Made by a program: the position numbers and the translations under genes
The notes under the pieces: model-generated
Seen by the model: the letters and a program-made list of their open reading frames with translations, nothing else
Database searches by the model: none
What the model was told of the DNA's origin: nothing
Shown: in pieces, positions 1 through 9,548 of the stretch
How the letters are laid out: each line of letters starts with the position of its first letter
How positions within the stretch are numbered: the first letter of the stretch is position 1
Assembly: GCA_964612055.1 (NCBI GenBank)
Contig: CAZTBI010000001.1
Coordinates: 71,957 to 135,956, forward strand
DNA from: an uncultured Bdellovibrionales bacterium
GTDB taxonomy: Bacteria; Patescibacteriota; Minisyncoccia; Moranbacterales; UBA1568
Direction of reading: 5' to 3'
Length of the DNA stretch: 64,000 nt

Positions 1-474
1 TCGATCAACGATGAGAAGGATTCTGCTTTGGAGACGAGCACCTTACTTGAAACGTATCTCGATACCAGACGTCATGGACTCGGAGATGAGGTGAAACGGC
101 GTATCATGCTTGGGACGCACAGCTTGTCCTCGGGGTATTACGATGCCTATTATCTCAAAGCGCAGAAAGTCCGGGCTCTCTTGAAACAGGATTTTGAAAA
201 GGCGTTTGAAGAAGTGGATCTCATTTTTTCTCCGACTGCACCAGAGCCAGCCTTCAAGATTGGAGAGAAGACAACGGATCCGCTCAAGATGTATCTCGGT
301 GATATCTATACGGTTACAGCCAACCTGACCGGTGTCCCGGCGATATCCTTTCCTATCGGTACTGTCCTGGAAGAAGGAAAGAATCTTCCTATTGGAGGGC
401 AGCTTTTAGGCAAATGGTTTGATGAAGAGACACTTCTTTCCGTAGCGCACGCTTTCGAAACACAAAAACAATAG
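1..474 (+). CDS. gatA: Asp/Glu-tRNA amidotransferase subunit A, C-terminal part (5'-truncated by window)
   Basis: [27 protein letters not shown] and [20 protein letters not shown] amidase motifs. Confidence 0.97.
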   Translation, partial: SINDEKDSALETSTLLETYLDTRRHGLGDEVKRRIMLGTHSLSSGYYDAYYLKAQKVRALLKQDFEKAFEEVDLIFSPTAPEPAFKIGEKTTDPLKMYLGDIYTVTANLTGVPAISFPIGTVLEEGKNLPIGGQLLGKWFDEETLLSVAHAFETQKQ

Positions 475-486
475 AAATTTTTCAAT

Positions 487-1017
487 ATGGAGGTTGATCT
501 GACACAAGTCGCCATACTTATTTGGTCGAAGCTGAGCTATTTCTTCGATCACTCGATTTTTTGGTCGGCCATAAAGTTTTTCCTCTTTGTCTATGTGGCG
601 GTGCTCTTTGTTGATGTCGTGCTCTTGCTTATGCTCAAGGGAGTCTCTTCCGACCTGAAAGCAGTGCTCTATGGTGCTGAGCGACCACTTATGTCTCAGA
701 GTAAGCTCATCAAGCGTTGGGAGGCGATAAAAGCGCGCCTCGGAAGTGATAACCCTTCACAGTACAAGGTCGCAGTCTTGGAAGCGGATGCCTTGGCCGA
801 TGAGATATTGGGCGGTATCGGCTACCAGGGGACGACTATGGCGGATAAGTTTGAGCAGGTACGCGGCGGACAGCTTGAAACCAAGGAACTTTTGATAGAG
901 GCTCACGAGGCCCGTAATCAGATCATTCATGATCCGAACCTCGTTCTTTCTCGGGATGACGCCAAGCGTTATTTGGACTATTTCCAGAAGTTTTTCGACG
1001 AAGTAGAGCTTTTTTAG
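487..1017 (+). CDS. Membrane-anchored hypothetical protein with HEPN-like RxxxxH motif
   Basis: N-terminal hydrophobic segment; helical C-terminal domain with AVLEAD...AHEARNQIIH. Confidence 0.6.
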   Translation: MEVDLTQVAILIWSKLSYFFDHSIFWSAIKFFLFVYVAVLFVDVVLLLMLKGVSSDLKAVLYGAERPLMSQSKLIKRWEAIKARLGSDNPSQYKVAVLEADALADEILGGIGYQGTTMADKFEQVRGGQLETKELLIEAHEARNQIIHDPNLVLSRDDAKRYLDYFQKFFDEVELF

Positions 1018-1044
1018 CCCAGGAAGAGGGTGTTTTTGGCTCCG

Positions 1045-1073
1045 TTGACAATTCTTCCCTTTCCTGATATCTT
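1045..1073 (+). promoter_or_regulatory. sigma70-type promoter for secE-nusG-rplK-rplA
   Basis: TTGACA-17 nt-TATCTT. Confidence 0.65.
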
Positions 1074-1116
1074 TATTTCACAAAGCCCTCGGGGCTTTTT
1101 TTAAGAGGCTCAAAAT

Positions 1117-1302
1117 ATGCAAGCGATACTGACATTTCTTCGAGAGGCTAAAGTAGAGCTTTTGCGGGTCAATTGGCCATCGCAAAAAGAAGTCGCTCGC
1201 TACACTTTTTTGGTAGTCGTGATGAGTCTCTCAGTCGCAATATTTTTGGGAAGTCTGGACTTTTTATTTGGTTTTCTCGTGGAGCGTTATCTCCTCCAAT
1301 AA
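1117..1302 (+). CDS. secE: Preprotein translocase subunit SecE
   Basis: FLREAKVELLRVNWPS motif, one TM helix, directly upstream of nusG. Confidence 0.95.
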   Translation: MQAILTFLREAKVELLRVNWPSQKEVARYTFLVVVMSLSVAIFLGSLDFLFGFLVERYLLQ

Positions 1303-1323
1303 TTTTTTACTCGTCAGTTTCGT

Positions 1324-1869
1324 ATGGCAAAGCAAACTCAACATCATGGTCGCGCCTGGTATGTGCTCCATACCTACTCTGGCTACGAAGACAACGTCGC
1401 TCGCAACTTGAAGCAGCGTATTGAGTCTATGGATATGCAGGACCATATTTTCGATGTCTTGGTTCCAAAGGAGAAGAAGATCAAGATCAAGGGTGGAAAG
1501 CGTGTGGTAGTAGAAGAGCGCATCTATCCTGGGTATGTACTCGTTGATATGATGGTTACCGATGCTTCTTGGTACGTCGTGCGCAATACTCCGAACGTGA
1601 CTGGTTTCATTGGTCTTGGTACCACTCCGACTCCGATTGATACGAAAGAAATTGATGCTCTGAAGAAGCGCATGGGTGTCGCTGAACCGAAGTACAAGAT
1701 TGATGTCCATGTTGGTGATGCCGTGAAGATTGTCGACGGACCGTTCAAGGAATTTGAAGGCAAGATTCAGGAAATTGATGAGGAAAAGGGGAAGGTAAAG
1801 GTGCTCGTCTCTATTTTCGGTCGTGAAACTCCTGTCGAGCTTGATTTCCTCCAGGTAAAGAAAGGCTAA
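1324..1869 (+). CDS. nusG: Transcription termination/antitermination factor NusG
   Basis: WYVLHTYSGYE, YPGYVLV, KOW domain, IFGRETPVEL. Confidence 0.98.
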   Translation: MAKQTQHHGRAWYVLHTYSGYEDNVARNLKQRIESMDMQDHIFDVLVPKEKKIKIKGGKRVVVEERIYPGYVLVDMMVTDASWYVVRNTPNVTGFIGLGTTPTPIDTKEIDALKKRMGVAEPKYKIDVHVGDAVKIVDGPFKEFEGKIQEIDEEKGKVKVLVSIFGRETPVELDFLQVKKG

Positions 1870-1890
1870 GTAACTGATTTTTAGAATACT

Positions 1891-2316
1891 ATGGCAAAGA
1901 CAATAAAGACCGTTATCAAACTGCAGATCGCCGCAGGCAAGGCGAATCCAGCTCCTCCAGTCGGACCGGCGCTTGGTCAGCACGGATTGAACATTCAGGA
2001 TTTCTGTAGCAAGTTCAATGCGGCTACCCAGGATCGTATGGGTGATGTGGTACCAGCTGAAATTACCGTGTACGAAGATCGTACCTTTACGTTTGTTTTG
2101 AAGACTTCACCAGCTTCTGATCTTTTGAAGAAGGCTGCCGGTATTGCAAAGGCTGCTGCCAACCCACTCAAGGACAAAGCGGGACAGGTGACTATGGCTC
2201 AGGTTCGTGAGATTGCTGAAAAGAAAATGTCTGATCTCTCAGCCAACGATGTCGAGGCTGCTATGAAGATTATTGCTGGTTCCGCTCGTTCGATGGGGAT
2301 AAAGGTAGTTGACTAG
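1891..2316 (+). CDS. rplK: 50S ribosomal protein L11
   Basis: [18 protein letters not shown]; GSARSMG. Confidence 0.99.
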   Translation: MAKTIKTVIKLQIAAGKANPAPPVGPALGQHGLNIQDFCSKFNAATQDRMGDVVPAEITVYEDRTFTFVLKTSPASDLLKKAAGIAKAAANPLKDKAGQVTMAQVREIAEKKMSDLSANDVEAAMKIIAGSARSMGIKVVD

Positions 2317-2333
2317 ATTTTAAATTGGTAATT

Positions 2334-2362
2334 GTGGGAGCCTTAAAAAGCGTTTGTACCAC
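2334..2362 (+). promoter_or_regulatory. Putative L1-binding autoregulatory leader upstream of rplA
   Basis: GTGGGAGC...GC..TACCAC short stem with GGAG internal loop just before the rplA start, as in known L1 operator sites. Confidence 0.55.
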
Positions 2363-2371
2363 GAGAACACT

Positions 2372-3061
2372 ATGAAACACGGAAAAGTATATCGTAACGC
2401 CGTAGCGAAGCTCGAAGTCGGGAAAGAGTATGCTCCGGAAGAGGCCCTGGCATTTCTCAAGGACAATAAGACCGCCAAGTTTGACGAGTCTGTCGAGGTG
2501 CATGTGCGTCTCGGTATCAACCCAAAGAAATCCGACGAAATGGTTCGTGCCACGGTTATTTTGCCACATGGTACAGGCCGCGCTCAGAAGGTAGTAGTTA
2601 TTACTGGCACCAAAGAAGCAGAGGCTAAAGAAGCAGAGGCGGATCTGATCGGTGGCGAAGAAGTTATTGCCGACATTAAGTCCGGTAAGCTTTCTCCCGG
2701 GACAGATTTCGATGTGATCTTGGCGACTCCAGAAATGATGCCTAAATTGGCTGTCATTGCGAAGATCCTTGGACCAAAGGGTATGATGCCATCACCGAAG
2801 ACTGAGACTGTCACGGTCAAGATCAAGGAAGCAGTGGAGATGCTCAAGAAAGGAAAGAAAGTGAGCTTCAAGAATGATGACACCGGCAATGTGCACCAGG
2901 TGATTGGCAAACTCTCCTTTACAGCTGAACAACTTGCTGAGAACTACCAGACATTCCGTGAAACACTCGACAAATCCAAGCCTGAGAACATGAAGGGCAA
3001 ACTGATCAAGTCCCTCTCCGTGTGCTCGACCATGGGTCCAAGTCTGACTCTTAAAGCCTAA
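2372..3061 (+). CDS. rplA: 50S ribosomal protein L1
   Basis: AKFDESVEVHVRLG, LPHGTG, LGPKGMMPSPK, STMGPS; ATG at 2372 preferred over TTG at 2354. Confidence 0.98.
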   Translation: MKHGKVYRNAVAKLEVGKEYAPEEALAFLKDNKTAKFDESVEVHVRLGINPKKSDEMVRATVILPHGTGRAQKVVVITGTKEAEAKEAEADLIGGEEVIADIKSGKLSPGTDFDVILATPEMMPKLAVIAKILGPKGMMPSPKTETVTVKIKEAVEMLKKGKKVSFKNDDTGNVHQVIGKLSFTAEQLAENYQTFRETLDKSKPENMKGKLIKSLSVCSTMGPSLTLKA

Positions 3062-3067
3062 GCCTTT

Positions 3068-3097
3068 AAAAGAGATCCTCGCTTCAGGGTCTCTTTT
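3068..3097 (+). terminator. Intrinsic terminator after rplA
   Basis: AAAAGAGATCCT-cgcttc-AGGGTCTCTTTT. Confidence 0.75.
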
Positions 3098-3119
3098 GTC
3101 AAAAAAAAACAACACGCCT

Positions 3120-3701
3120 ATGATTCTCTCAGATCGTGACATCAAGAAGGAGCTCAAAACGAAGGAGATTACTATCAAGCCATTCAAAGCGGAATGTCTC
3201 CAGCCAGCAAGTTATGATGTGCACCTCGATCGTCATTTTCTGGTATTCAATACCAATGCTAATTTCGTCATTGACCCGAGGGATATTTCCAAGGACTTGA
3301 TGAAAAAGATTGACATCGCAAAAGATGAGCCGTTTATTCTCCATCCGGGAGAGTTTGCTCTTGGGGTATTACTCGAAGAGACGGGGGTTTCTGATAAGCT
3401 CGTTGGTCGTCTCGAAGGTAAGAGCTCTCTTGGGCGTCTCGGTCTCATCATTCATACAACAGCGGGTTTCTTGGATGCTGGAAATTGTCTCAAGATGACG
3501 CTGGAACTTTTCAATGCTGGAAAGATCCCGCTCAAGCTTTATTACGGCATGCCGATTGGCCAGATGGCTTTCGAGTACCTCTCCTCACCCTGTGAACGTC
3601 CGTATGGTTCCAAGGGACTTAATTCTAAGTACAAGGGTGACACGAAGCCCCAGGCCTCAAAAATGCACCTCAATTTCAAGAAAAAAAGCTCCTCCAAGTG
3701 A
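3120..3701 (+). CDS. dcd: dCTP deaminase
   Basis: MILSDRDI, LQPASYD, EGKSSLGRLGL..HTTAGF.D.G, TLEL.N. Confidence 0.95.
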   Translation: MILSDRDIKKELKTKEITIKPFKAECLQPASYDVHLDRHFLVFNTNANFVIDPRDISKDLMKKIDIAKDEPFILHPGEFALGVLLEETGVSDKLVGRLEGKSSLGRLGLIIHTTAGFLDAGNCLKMTLELFNAGKIPLKLYYGMPIGQMAFEYLSSPCERPYGSKGLNSKYKGDTKPQASKMHLNFKKKSSSK

Positions 3702-3716
3702 GGGGTTTTTCTTTGT

Positions 3717-3745
3717 TTGCCGAAGTCCTTTTTGTGCGATAAAAT
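3717..3745 (+). promoter_or_regulatory. sigma70-type promoter for thyA operon
   Basis: TTGCCG-17 nt-TAAAAT. Confidence 0.55.
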
Positions 3746-3778
3746 GAAATATTGAGAGATAATTTTTCCCATACTATT

Positions 3779-4696
3779 ATGCGCCAATATCTTGATCTTC
3801 TGAAGCATATCGAGGAGCACGGGGTCGACAAGGGTGACCGGACTGGTACCGGAACACGCAGTGTCTTCGGATATCAGATGCGTTTTGATCTCTCTCAAGG
3901 GTTTCCGCTCATGACGACCAAGAAGATGGCGCTTCGTTCAATCATCGTCGAGCTCCTTTGGTTTTTGAAAGGCGATTCCAATTTGAAATATTTGGCGGAG
4001 AATAATGTTCATATTTGGGACGAGTGGCCCTACAAGGCATACTTGCAGCGTACCGGACAAGCGGTGCCAGTAACGGGGAGTGCAGAGTGGAAAACTGGTA
4101 TCACGGCTTTTATCGAAAAGATCAAAACAGATGAAGCTTTTGCCAAAGACTATGGCGAGCTGGGACCAATTTATGGGTACCAGTGGCGCAATTGGCCAAC
4201 ACCAGATGGCCGGCATATTGATCAGATCACCCAGGTGATCGAGCGCATCAAGGCAAAACCAGATGATCGACGCTTAATTGTATCGGCTTGGAATGTCGCC
4301 GATATAGAGGAGATGGCCAAGGCGGGACTCCCACCGTGTCACTGCCTCTTTCAGTTCTATGTCGCCAACGGAAAATTGTCGTGCCAGCTCTACCAGCGGA
4401 GCTGCGACACCTTTCTCGGTGTGCCATTTAATATTGCTTCCTACGCACTCTTGACCATGATGGTAGCGCAGGTCTGTGATTTGGAACCAGGAGAATTCGT
4501 ATGGACTGGTGGTGATGTGCATATTTATAGCAATCATCATGATCAAGTGAAGGAGCAGCTTTCTCGTGATCCGTTGCCACTCCCAATCATGAAGCTCAAT
4601 CCGGCAGTGAAAAATATCTTTGATTTCAAACTTGAGGATTTCACCCTTGAGAATTATCAATCACACGAAGCGATCAAGGCTCCAATCGCCGTCTAA
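3779..4696 (+). CDS. thyA: Thymidylate synthase
   Basis: DRTGTGT, LPPCH catalytic Cys, [17 protein letters not shown]. Confidence 0.99.
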   Translation: MRQYLDLLKHIEEHGVDKGDRTGTGTRSVFGYQMRFDLSQGFPLMTTKKMALRSIIVELLWFLKGDSNLKYLAENNVHIWDEWPYKAYLQRTGQAVPVTGSAEWKTGITAFIEKIKTDEAFAKDYGELGPIYGYQWRNWPTPDGRHIDQITQVIERIKAKPDDRRLIVSAWNVADIEEMAKAGLPPCHCLFQFYVANGKLSCQLYQRSCDTFLGVPFNIASYALLTMMVAQVCDLEPGEFVWTGGDVHIYSNHHDQVKEQLSRDPLPLPIMKLNPAVKNIFDFKLEDFTLENYQSHEAIKAPIAV

Positions 4697-4707
4697 ACAC
4701 CTGTTAC

Positions 4708-5196
4708 ATGAATACTCCACGACTTAGTATGATCGTTGCTGTTGATGAAGCGCGCGCCATCGGCAAAGACAATATGCTTCTTTGGCATATACCAGAAGAT
4801 TTGAAACGCTTCAAGGAATTGACGACGGGTCACGTTGTGATTATGGGTGAAAATACGTATCGTTCGATTGGGCGACCGCTTCCTAACCGGAAGAATATTG
4901 TCATGACTATGAGTGCGGATCTGGAACTTCCAGGATGCCTCGTGGCGCACTCACTTGATGAGGCGTTGCAAAAAGCTAAGGAAGAAGAATCGGAAGAAGT
5001 TTTTGTCATCGGTGGTGCGAGTATATATAAACAGTTTCTTCCGATGATTGATCGACTGTATCTGACTCTGGTGCAGGGGACGCACGAAGCAGACACTTTT
5101 TTCCCAGAGTATTCAGAATTTCAGAAAGTCATCAGTCAGGAAGAAGGTCAGAGCGGAGAATATCATTATACGTATTTTGTTCTCGAAAAGAATTAA
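4708..5196 (+). CDS. folA: Dihydrofolate reductase
   Basis: AIGKDN.LLWHIPEDLKRFK, RPLPNR.N, VIGGA, ADTFFP. Confidence 0.97.
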   Translation: MNTPRLSMIVAVDEARAIGKDNMLLWHIPEDLKRFKELTTGHVVIMGENTYRSIGRPLPNRKNIVMTMSADLELPGCLVAHSLDEALQKAKEEESEEVFVIGGASIYKQFLPMIDRLYLTLVQGTHEADTFFPEYSEFQKVISQEEGQSGEYHYTYFVLEKN

Positions 5197-5205
5197 CTCA
5201 ATATC

Positions 5206-5763
5206 ATGGCAAAGATTATTTTAGGTGTGGCAGGCGAGATCGGCGCTGGGAAAGATACAGTGACTTCATACATCACGGAAACGCATGGTGCCAAGTATTA
5301 TCGCTATTCCATTATCCTAAAGGATATTTTGAAGCGTCTCCATTTGCCTTATGACCGTATCAGTTTAGCGAATCTTGCTGAGGCGCTCCGGGCATATTTC
5401 GGGGAAAATGTTCTTTCTCGTACGTTGGTGGCTGATGCGGAGGTTGATGCAGATGCTGAAATCATTGTTTTTGATGGTATTCGTAAGGTGGCTGAGCTTG
5501 AATTTCTGAAAACATTTCCTCATTTTAAGTTTATTTTTGTTGATGCAGAGATGAAGGTGCGGTATGACCGGTTAGTAAAGCGTGGAGAAAAGTCTGACGA
5601 TGCTGGTAAAACGATGGAACAGTTTATGAAGGATCATGAGCACGCGGCTGATAACGTGATCTTAAAATTAAGAGAGTACGCTGATGTCGTAATTGATAAT
5701 AATGGAACTTTGGAGGATCTGTATGCGCAGATTGACAAAGCTTTGGTTGATCTAAAGAAATAA
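5206..5763 (+). CDS. P-loop nucleotide kinase (dephospho-CoA kinase/NMP-kinase-like)
   Basis: GEIGAGKDT Walker A, FDGIR..E, ADVVIDNNGTLEDL. Confidence 0.75.
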   Translation: MAKIILGVAGEIGAGKDTVTSYITETHGAKYYRYSIILKDILKRLHLPYDRISLANLAEALRAYFGENVLSRTLVADAEVDADAEIIVFDGIRKVAELEFLKTFPHFKFIFVDAEMKVRYDRLVKRGEKSDDAGKTMEQFMKDHEHAADNVILKLREYADVVIDNNGTLEDLYAQIDKALVDLKK

Positions 5764-5775
5764 TTCTGTGACTGT

Positions 5776-6375
5776 ATGAAAAAAGGAAAATTCATCGTTT
5801 TTGAAGGGTTGGATGGGGCCGGGCAAGGGACACAAATCGCGTTGCTTGAGAAATATCTCAAGTCAAAAAATGAGAAGGTGTATGTAACTTCAGAGCCAAC
5901 ACAAAATTTAATTGGCGGACTCATACGATCTTTACTCAGGCATCACTGGTCACTGAGTAATACCGGTATCCAGCTTCTTTACTCTGCGGATCGTGCCCAT
6001 CATCTCGAGGCTGAGATATACCCTGTACAAGAAAAGGGCCATCATGTTATTTCAGGTCGCTACTTCTTTTCCACTATTGCCTTCGGATCACTCAATAATG
6101 ATGTGAAGTGGTTGAAAGCTATTAGTGAAAAATTTCCTAACCCCGATGTGACTATATTTCTGAAAGTTACTCCAAAAGAGTGCATTCGTCGTATTAATAG
6201 TGGTCGGCCACTGAAAGAGTTCTTTGAGAAAGAGAAAATTTTGCAGAAGGTCTATAAGACCTATCTAGCTCTTGTCAAAGATAAGAAATATAAGAATGTG
6301 TATGTTGTTGATGGGGAGCAGTCAATGGAAAAGGTTGCTCAAGATATCCAAAAGATTATCAACAAGCATATCTAG
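5776..6375 (+). CDS. tmk: Thymidylate kinase-like protein with atypical P-loop
   Basis: FIVFEGLDGAG, TSEP, YSADR.HH; Walker A reads GQGT and DRY reads GRY. Confidence 0.85.
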   Translation: MKKGKFIVFEGLDGAGQGTQIALLEKYLKSKNEKVYVTSEPTQNLIGGLIRSLLRHHWSLSNTGIQLLYSADRAHHLEAEIYPVQEKGHHVISGRYFFSTIAFGSLNNDVKWLKAISEKFPNPDVTIFLKVTPKECIRRINSGRPLKEFFEKEKILQKVYKTYLALVKDKKYKNVYVVDGEQSMEKVAQDIQKIINKHI

Positions 6376-6380
6376 TCTGT

Positions 6381-6806
6381 ATGAAACTAAATGTCAAAAA
6401 ATTGTATCCAGATGCGACCGTGCCTGCTCGGGCGCATCATGATGATGCGGGTTTAGATCTCTACTCGTACGAAACATTTGAATTGGCGGCTGGGGAAAGA
6501 CGAACGGTTAAAACTGGTATTGCACTCGCTATCCCTTCTGGTTTTGTCGGTCTCATCTGGGATAAGTCGAGTGTGCCGCATAAGTGGGGAGTCAAAACTA
6601 TGGGTGGCGTCATTGATGCATCGTACCGTGGAGAAATCGGAGTTATTATGGTGAATCTTTCAGAAGAGACTCAGAAGTTCGAAAAAGGCGCTAAAATAAG
6701 CCAATTATTGATCCAAAGAGTGGAATTACCAGAAGTTTGCGAAGTGACCGAGTTAGATGATACCATAAGAGGTGAAGGTGGATTTGGCAGTACCGGCACT
6801 CATTAG
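6381..6806 (+). CDS. dut: dUTPase
   Basis: DAGLDL, GVIDASYRGEI, RGEGGFGSTG. Confidence 0.97.
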   Translation: MKLNVKKLYPDATVPARAHHDDAGLDLYSYETFELAAGERRTVKTGIALAIPSGFVGLIWDKSSVPHKWGVKTMGGVIDASYRGEIGVIMVNLSEETQKFEKGAKISQLLIQRVELPEVCEVTELDDTIRGEGGFGSTGTH

Positions 6807-6818
6807 AGAATTTTAGGT

Positions 6819-8294
6819 ATGAAATACAACGTGACTATCGGCATGGAAGTGCATGCTGAGCTCAAAACGAAATCGAAGATGTTCTGCTCCTGCAAGAATG
6901 GTTTGGGTATGGAAACAGAACCGAACGTGAACATCTGTCCGGTGTGTACAGCGCAGCCTGGGGCATTACCAGTACCCAACGCTGCTGCTATCAAGGCGGT
7001 GCAGCGTGTCGGACTTGCTTTGGGTTGCACCCTACGTCTCCAGTCGAAATTTGATCGCAAGAATTATTTCTATCCTGATCTGCCAAAGGGCTATCAGATT
7101 TCTCAGTACGATGAACCCTTTTGTGAAAAAGGGACAATGGTGATTGGGGACAAATCATTTCGAATTACCCGTATTCATCTGGAAGAAGATACAGGGAAGT
7201 CAATGCATCCGGGAGGAGCAGACTATACGCTCGTTGACTACAATCGTGCCGGGGTGCCGCTCATGGAACTGGTGACCGAGCCTGATTTCACTAACAGCAA
7301 GGATGTCGGATTGTTTTGTCAGACGCTCCGTCAGACTTTGCGCTATCTCGATGTTTCTAATGCTGATATGGAAAAGGGGCAGATGCGTTGTGAAGTGAAC
7401 ATCTCGCTCTATCCAGAAGGCTCTGATCGTTTGTCTGGTACGAAAGTTGAGGTCAAGAATATCAACTCGTTCCGTTCTGTTGAGCGTGCTATTGAGTATG
7501 AGATTGTCCGTCAGACCGAGGCGCTTGATAAAGGGGAGAAGCTGATCCAGGAAACGAGGGGTTGGGATGAGAATAAGAACATCACCGTCTCTCAGCGCAA
7601 GAAAGAATCAGCCCATGATTATCGTTATTTCCCTGAGCCAGATATTCCACCCTTTGAATTTGATGAGGCATATGTCGAAGAGCTTCGCGCGACACTCCCT
7701 GAGTTACCTCATGCCAAGCTGAAGCGTTTCGTTACGCAGTATGGCCTGCCAGAGAATGACGCCATTATTTTGACCGAAGAACGAAAGTTTTCGGAATACT
7801 TCGAGGCGGTGGTGAGCGAGCTTGAAGAAAAAGTGCAGGCCAAAGAAGTAATAGCGCCCCTTGAGCGTGCCGTGAAACTCGCGGCGAACTACATGTTGAC
7901 CGAACTCCGCAAGCATCTTACTGAAAATAACCAGTCTATCGAAGATCTGCCTATCAAAGCAGAAAACTACGCTGAGTTTATCGGTATTGTGGCTGATGGT
8001 AAGATCAACTCCAGTGCGGCGCAGACAGTCCTGGGAGAGATGTATCGTGGCTCTGATGGTGACACGGATCCGACGCACATCATCGATCGTCTCAACTTGG
8101 GCCAGGTGAATGATACTGAAGCGCTCGAAAAAGCGGTGGATTTGGTCTTGGAGCGAAATGAGCAGTCAGTGACCGACTACAAGGCTGGTAAACAAAATGC
8201 CTTTCAATACTTGATTGGTCAGGTGATGAAGGAATCGAAAGGGAAGGCCAATCCTCAAATGGTTTCAGAAATACTTCGCAAAAAACTTGCATAA
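6819..8294 (+). CDS. gatB: Asp/Glu-tRNA amidotransferase subunit B
   Basis: IGMEVHAEL, FDRKNYFYPDLPKGYQISQ, DYRYFPEPD. Confidence 0.99.
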   Translation: MKYNVTIGMEVHAELKTKSKMFCSCKNGLGMETEPNVNICPVCTAQPGALPVPNAAAIKAVQRVGLALGCTLRLQSKFDRKNYFYPDLPKGYQISQYDEPFCEKGTMVIGDKSFRITRIHLEEDTGKSMHPGGADYTLVDYNRAGVPLMELVTEPDFTNSKDVGLFCQTLRQTLRYLDVSNADMEKGQMRCEVNISLYPEGSDRLSGTKVEVKNINSFRSVERAIEYEIVRQTEALDKGEKLIQETRGWDENKNITVSQRKKESAHDYRYFPEPDIPPFEFDEAYVEELRATLPELPHAKLKRFVTQYGLPENDAIILTEERKFSEYFEAVVSELEEKVQAKEVIAPLERAVKLAANYMLTELRKHLTENNQSIEDLPIKAENYAEFIGIVADGKINSSAAQTVLGEMYRGSDGDTDPTHIIDRLNLGQVNDTEALEKAVDLVLERNEQSVTDYKAGKQNAFQYLIGQVMKESKGKANPQMVSEILRKKLA

Positions 8295-8370
8295 AACCTA
8301 CTTGCTTAAATTTCTTGTTTAAGCTACTTTTGGTGTGGGAATAATCCCGCAAACAACGAGGGGATTCACC

Positions 8371-8544
8371 ATGGACAAAAGTCCGCCTTCCAAGCTGGAG
8401 CTGGACCCGGTCGCTTCGGCGAGAATTCAGGCCTGGTATCGGAAGTACTTGGAACGATGGAAGCAACACTCGCTTGAACGGGAGCAAGCAATGCGTGCTG
8501 CTGCGCAACGTGCCGAAGACGTGCGCGATACGCCGCTGTTCTGA
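8371..8544 (+). CDS. Small orphan protein (57 aa) with its own promoter, SD and terminator
   Basis: TTGCTT-17-TACTTT at 8302-8330, GAGGGG SD, downstream hairpin. Confidence 0.5.
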   Translation: MDKSPPSKLELDPVASARIQAWYRKYLERWKQHSLEREQAMRAAAQRAEDVRDTPLF

Positions 8545-8570
8545 GAAGTACGGATTCGGAAGAACGTCAG

Positions 8571-8603
8571 AGGTGCTACGAGAAAATTCGGAGCACCTTT
8601 TTT
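8571..8603 (+). terminator. Intrinsic terminator between the orphan ORF and convergent miaA
   Basis: AGGTGCT...AGCACCT-TTTTT. Confidence 0.65.
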
Positions 8604-8608
8604 ATTCC

Positions 8609-9505
8609 TTAGAAAAGTTTTTCTGCTTCTTTAGCTTCGGTAATCCAATGAATCTTGGCGCCCATTTTTTCGAAACGGCGCAGCCAGGTGATTTGGCGCT
8701 TGGCGTAGTGGCGGATTTCAAAGTTCAGACGTTCTTTCATTTCTTCTTTTGAAATTTTTCCTTGGAGAAAAAGAGCGATGTATTTGTATTCTAGGCCGAA
8801 GCTTTCGAGTTTTTTGAAGCTCAGTCCGCTGGCACGTAAGTTCTTTACTTCAGCGAGCATGCCTTTTTTGAGACGCTTCTCTAGCCGCGTCTCGATGTTC
8901 TTATTGAGTGTTTCTTTTGGCGGATTGAGAGCGATAATGAGGAAAGATTCCCGATCTTTGATCTTCGGTTTTTGGACGGGAGGGACTTTACCAAGTGCAG
9001 CGACGATCTCCAGGGCTCGGATGAGACGAATCTTATTCTTGGGATCAATATTTTTGGCACGAGTAGAATCTTTCTTTTTCAGTTGCGCGAAGAGCTCTTC
9101 AGCTGAGAGTTTATCAAGCTTCTTCCGGAGTGCCATATCAGGTTTTACGGCTGGAAAAGTATTTTCTTCGAGGAGGGCTTGAATCCAAAATCCAGTACCA
9201 CCGCAGATAATCGGGTTTTTCTGGCGCTTTTTGATATCGTTTATAATTTTCTTAGCATCGCGGACGAAATGAGTGACGTTGTAATTTCGCTTTGGACTGC
9301 CAACGTCGAGAAGGTGATGTTTGGCCAGTTTTTGTTCAGCCTTGGTCACTTTGCCAGTACCGATATCCATGCCACGGTAGACTTGTCGGCTATCGGCCGA
9401 GATGATTTCGCCATTGTATTTTTGAGCGAGAGCAATGGCTAAATCCGACTTGCCAGAAGCTGTCGGTCCCATAATGACAAGAGTTTTGTGGAATGATTTT
9501 CGCAT
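8609..9505 (-). CDS. miaA: tRNA dimethylallyltransferase
   Basis: GPTASGKS, SADSRQVYRGMDIGTGK, CGGTGFW, YAKRQITW. Confidence 0.98.
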   Translation of the reverse strand: MRKSFHKTLVIMGPTASGKSDLAIALAQKYNGEIISADSRQVYRGMDIGTGKVTKAEQKLAKHHLLDVGSPKRNYNVTHFVRDAKKIINDIKKRQKNPIICGGTGFWIQALLEENTFPAVKPDMALRKKLDKLSAEELFAQLKKKDSTRAKNIDPKNKIRLIRALEIVAALGKVPPVQKPKIKDRESFLIIALNPPKETLNKNIETRLEKRLKKGMLAEVKNLRASGLSFKKLESFGLEYKYIALFLQGKISKEEMKERLNFEIRHYAKRQITWLRRFEKMGAKIHWITEAKEAEKLF

Positions 9506-9548
9506 CGCACTAGTATGTCATATTTCTCTTTTTTGGCAAAGAATTTAT

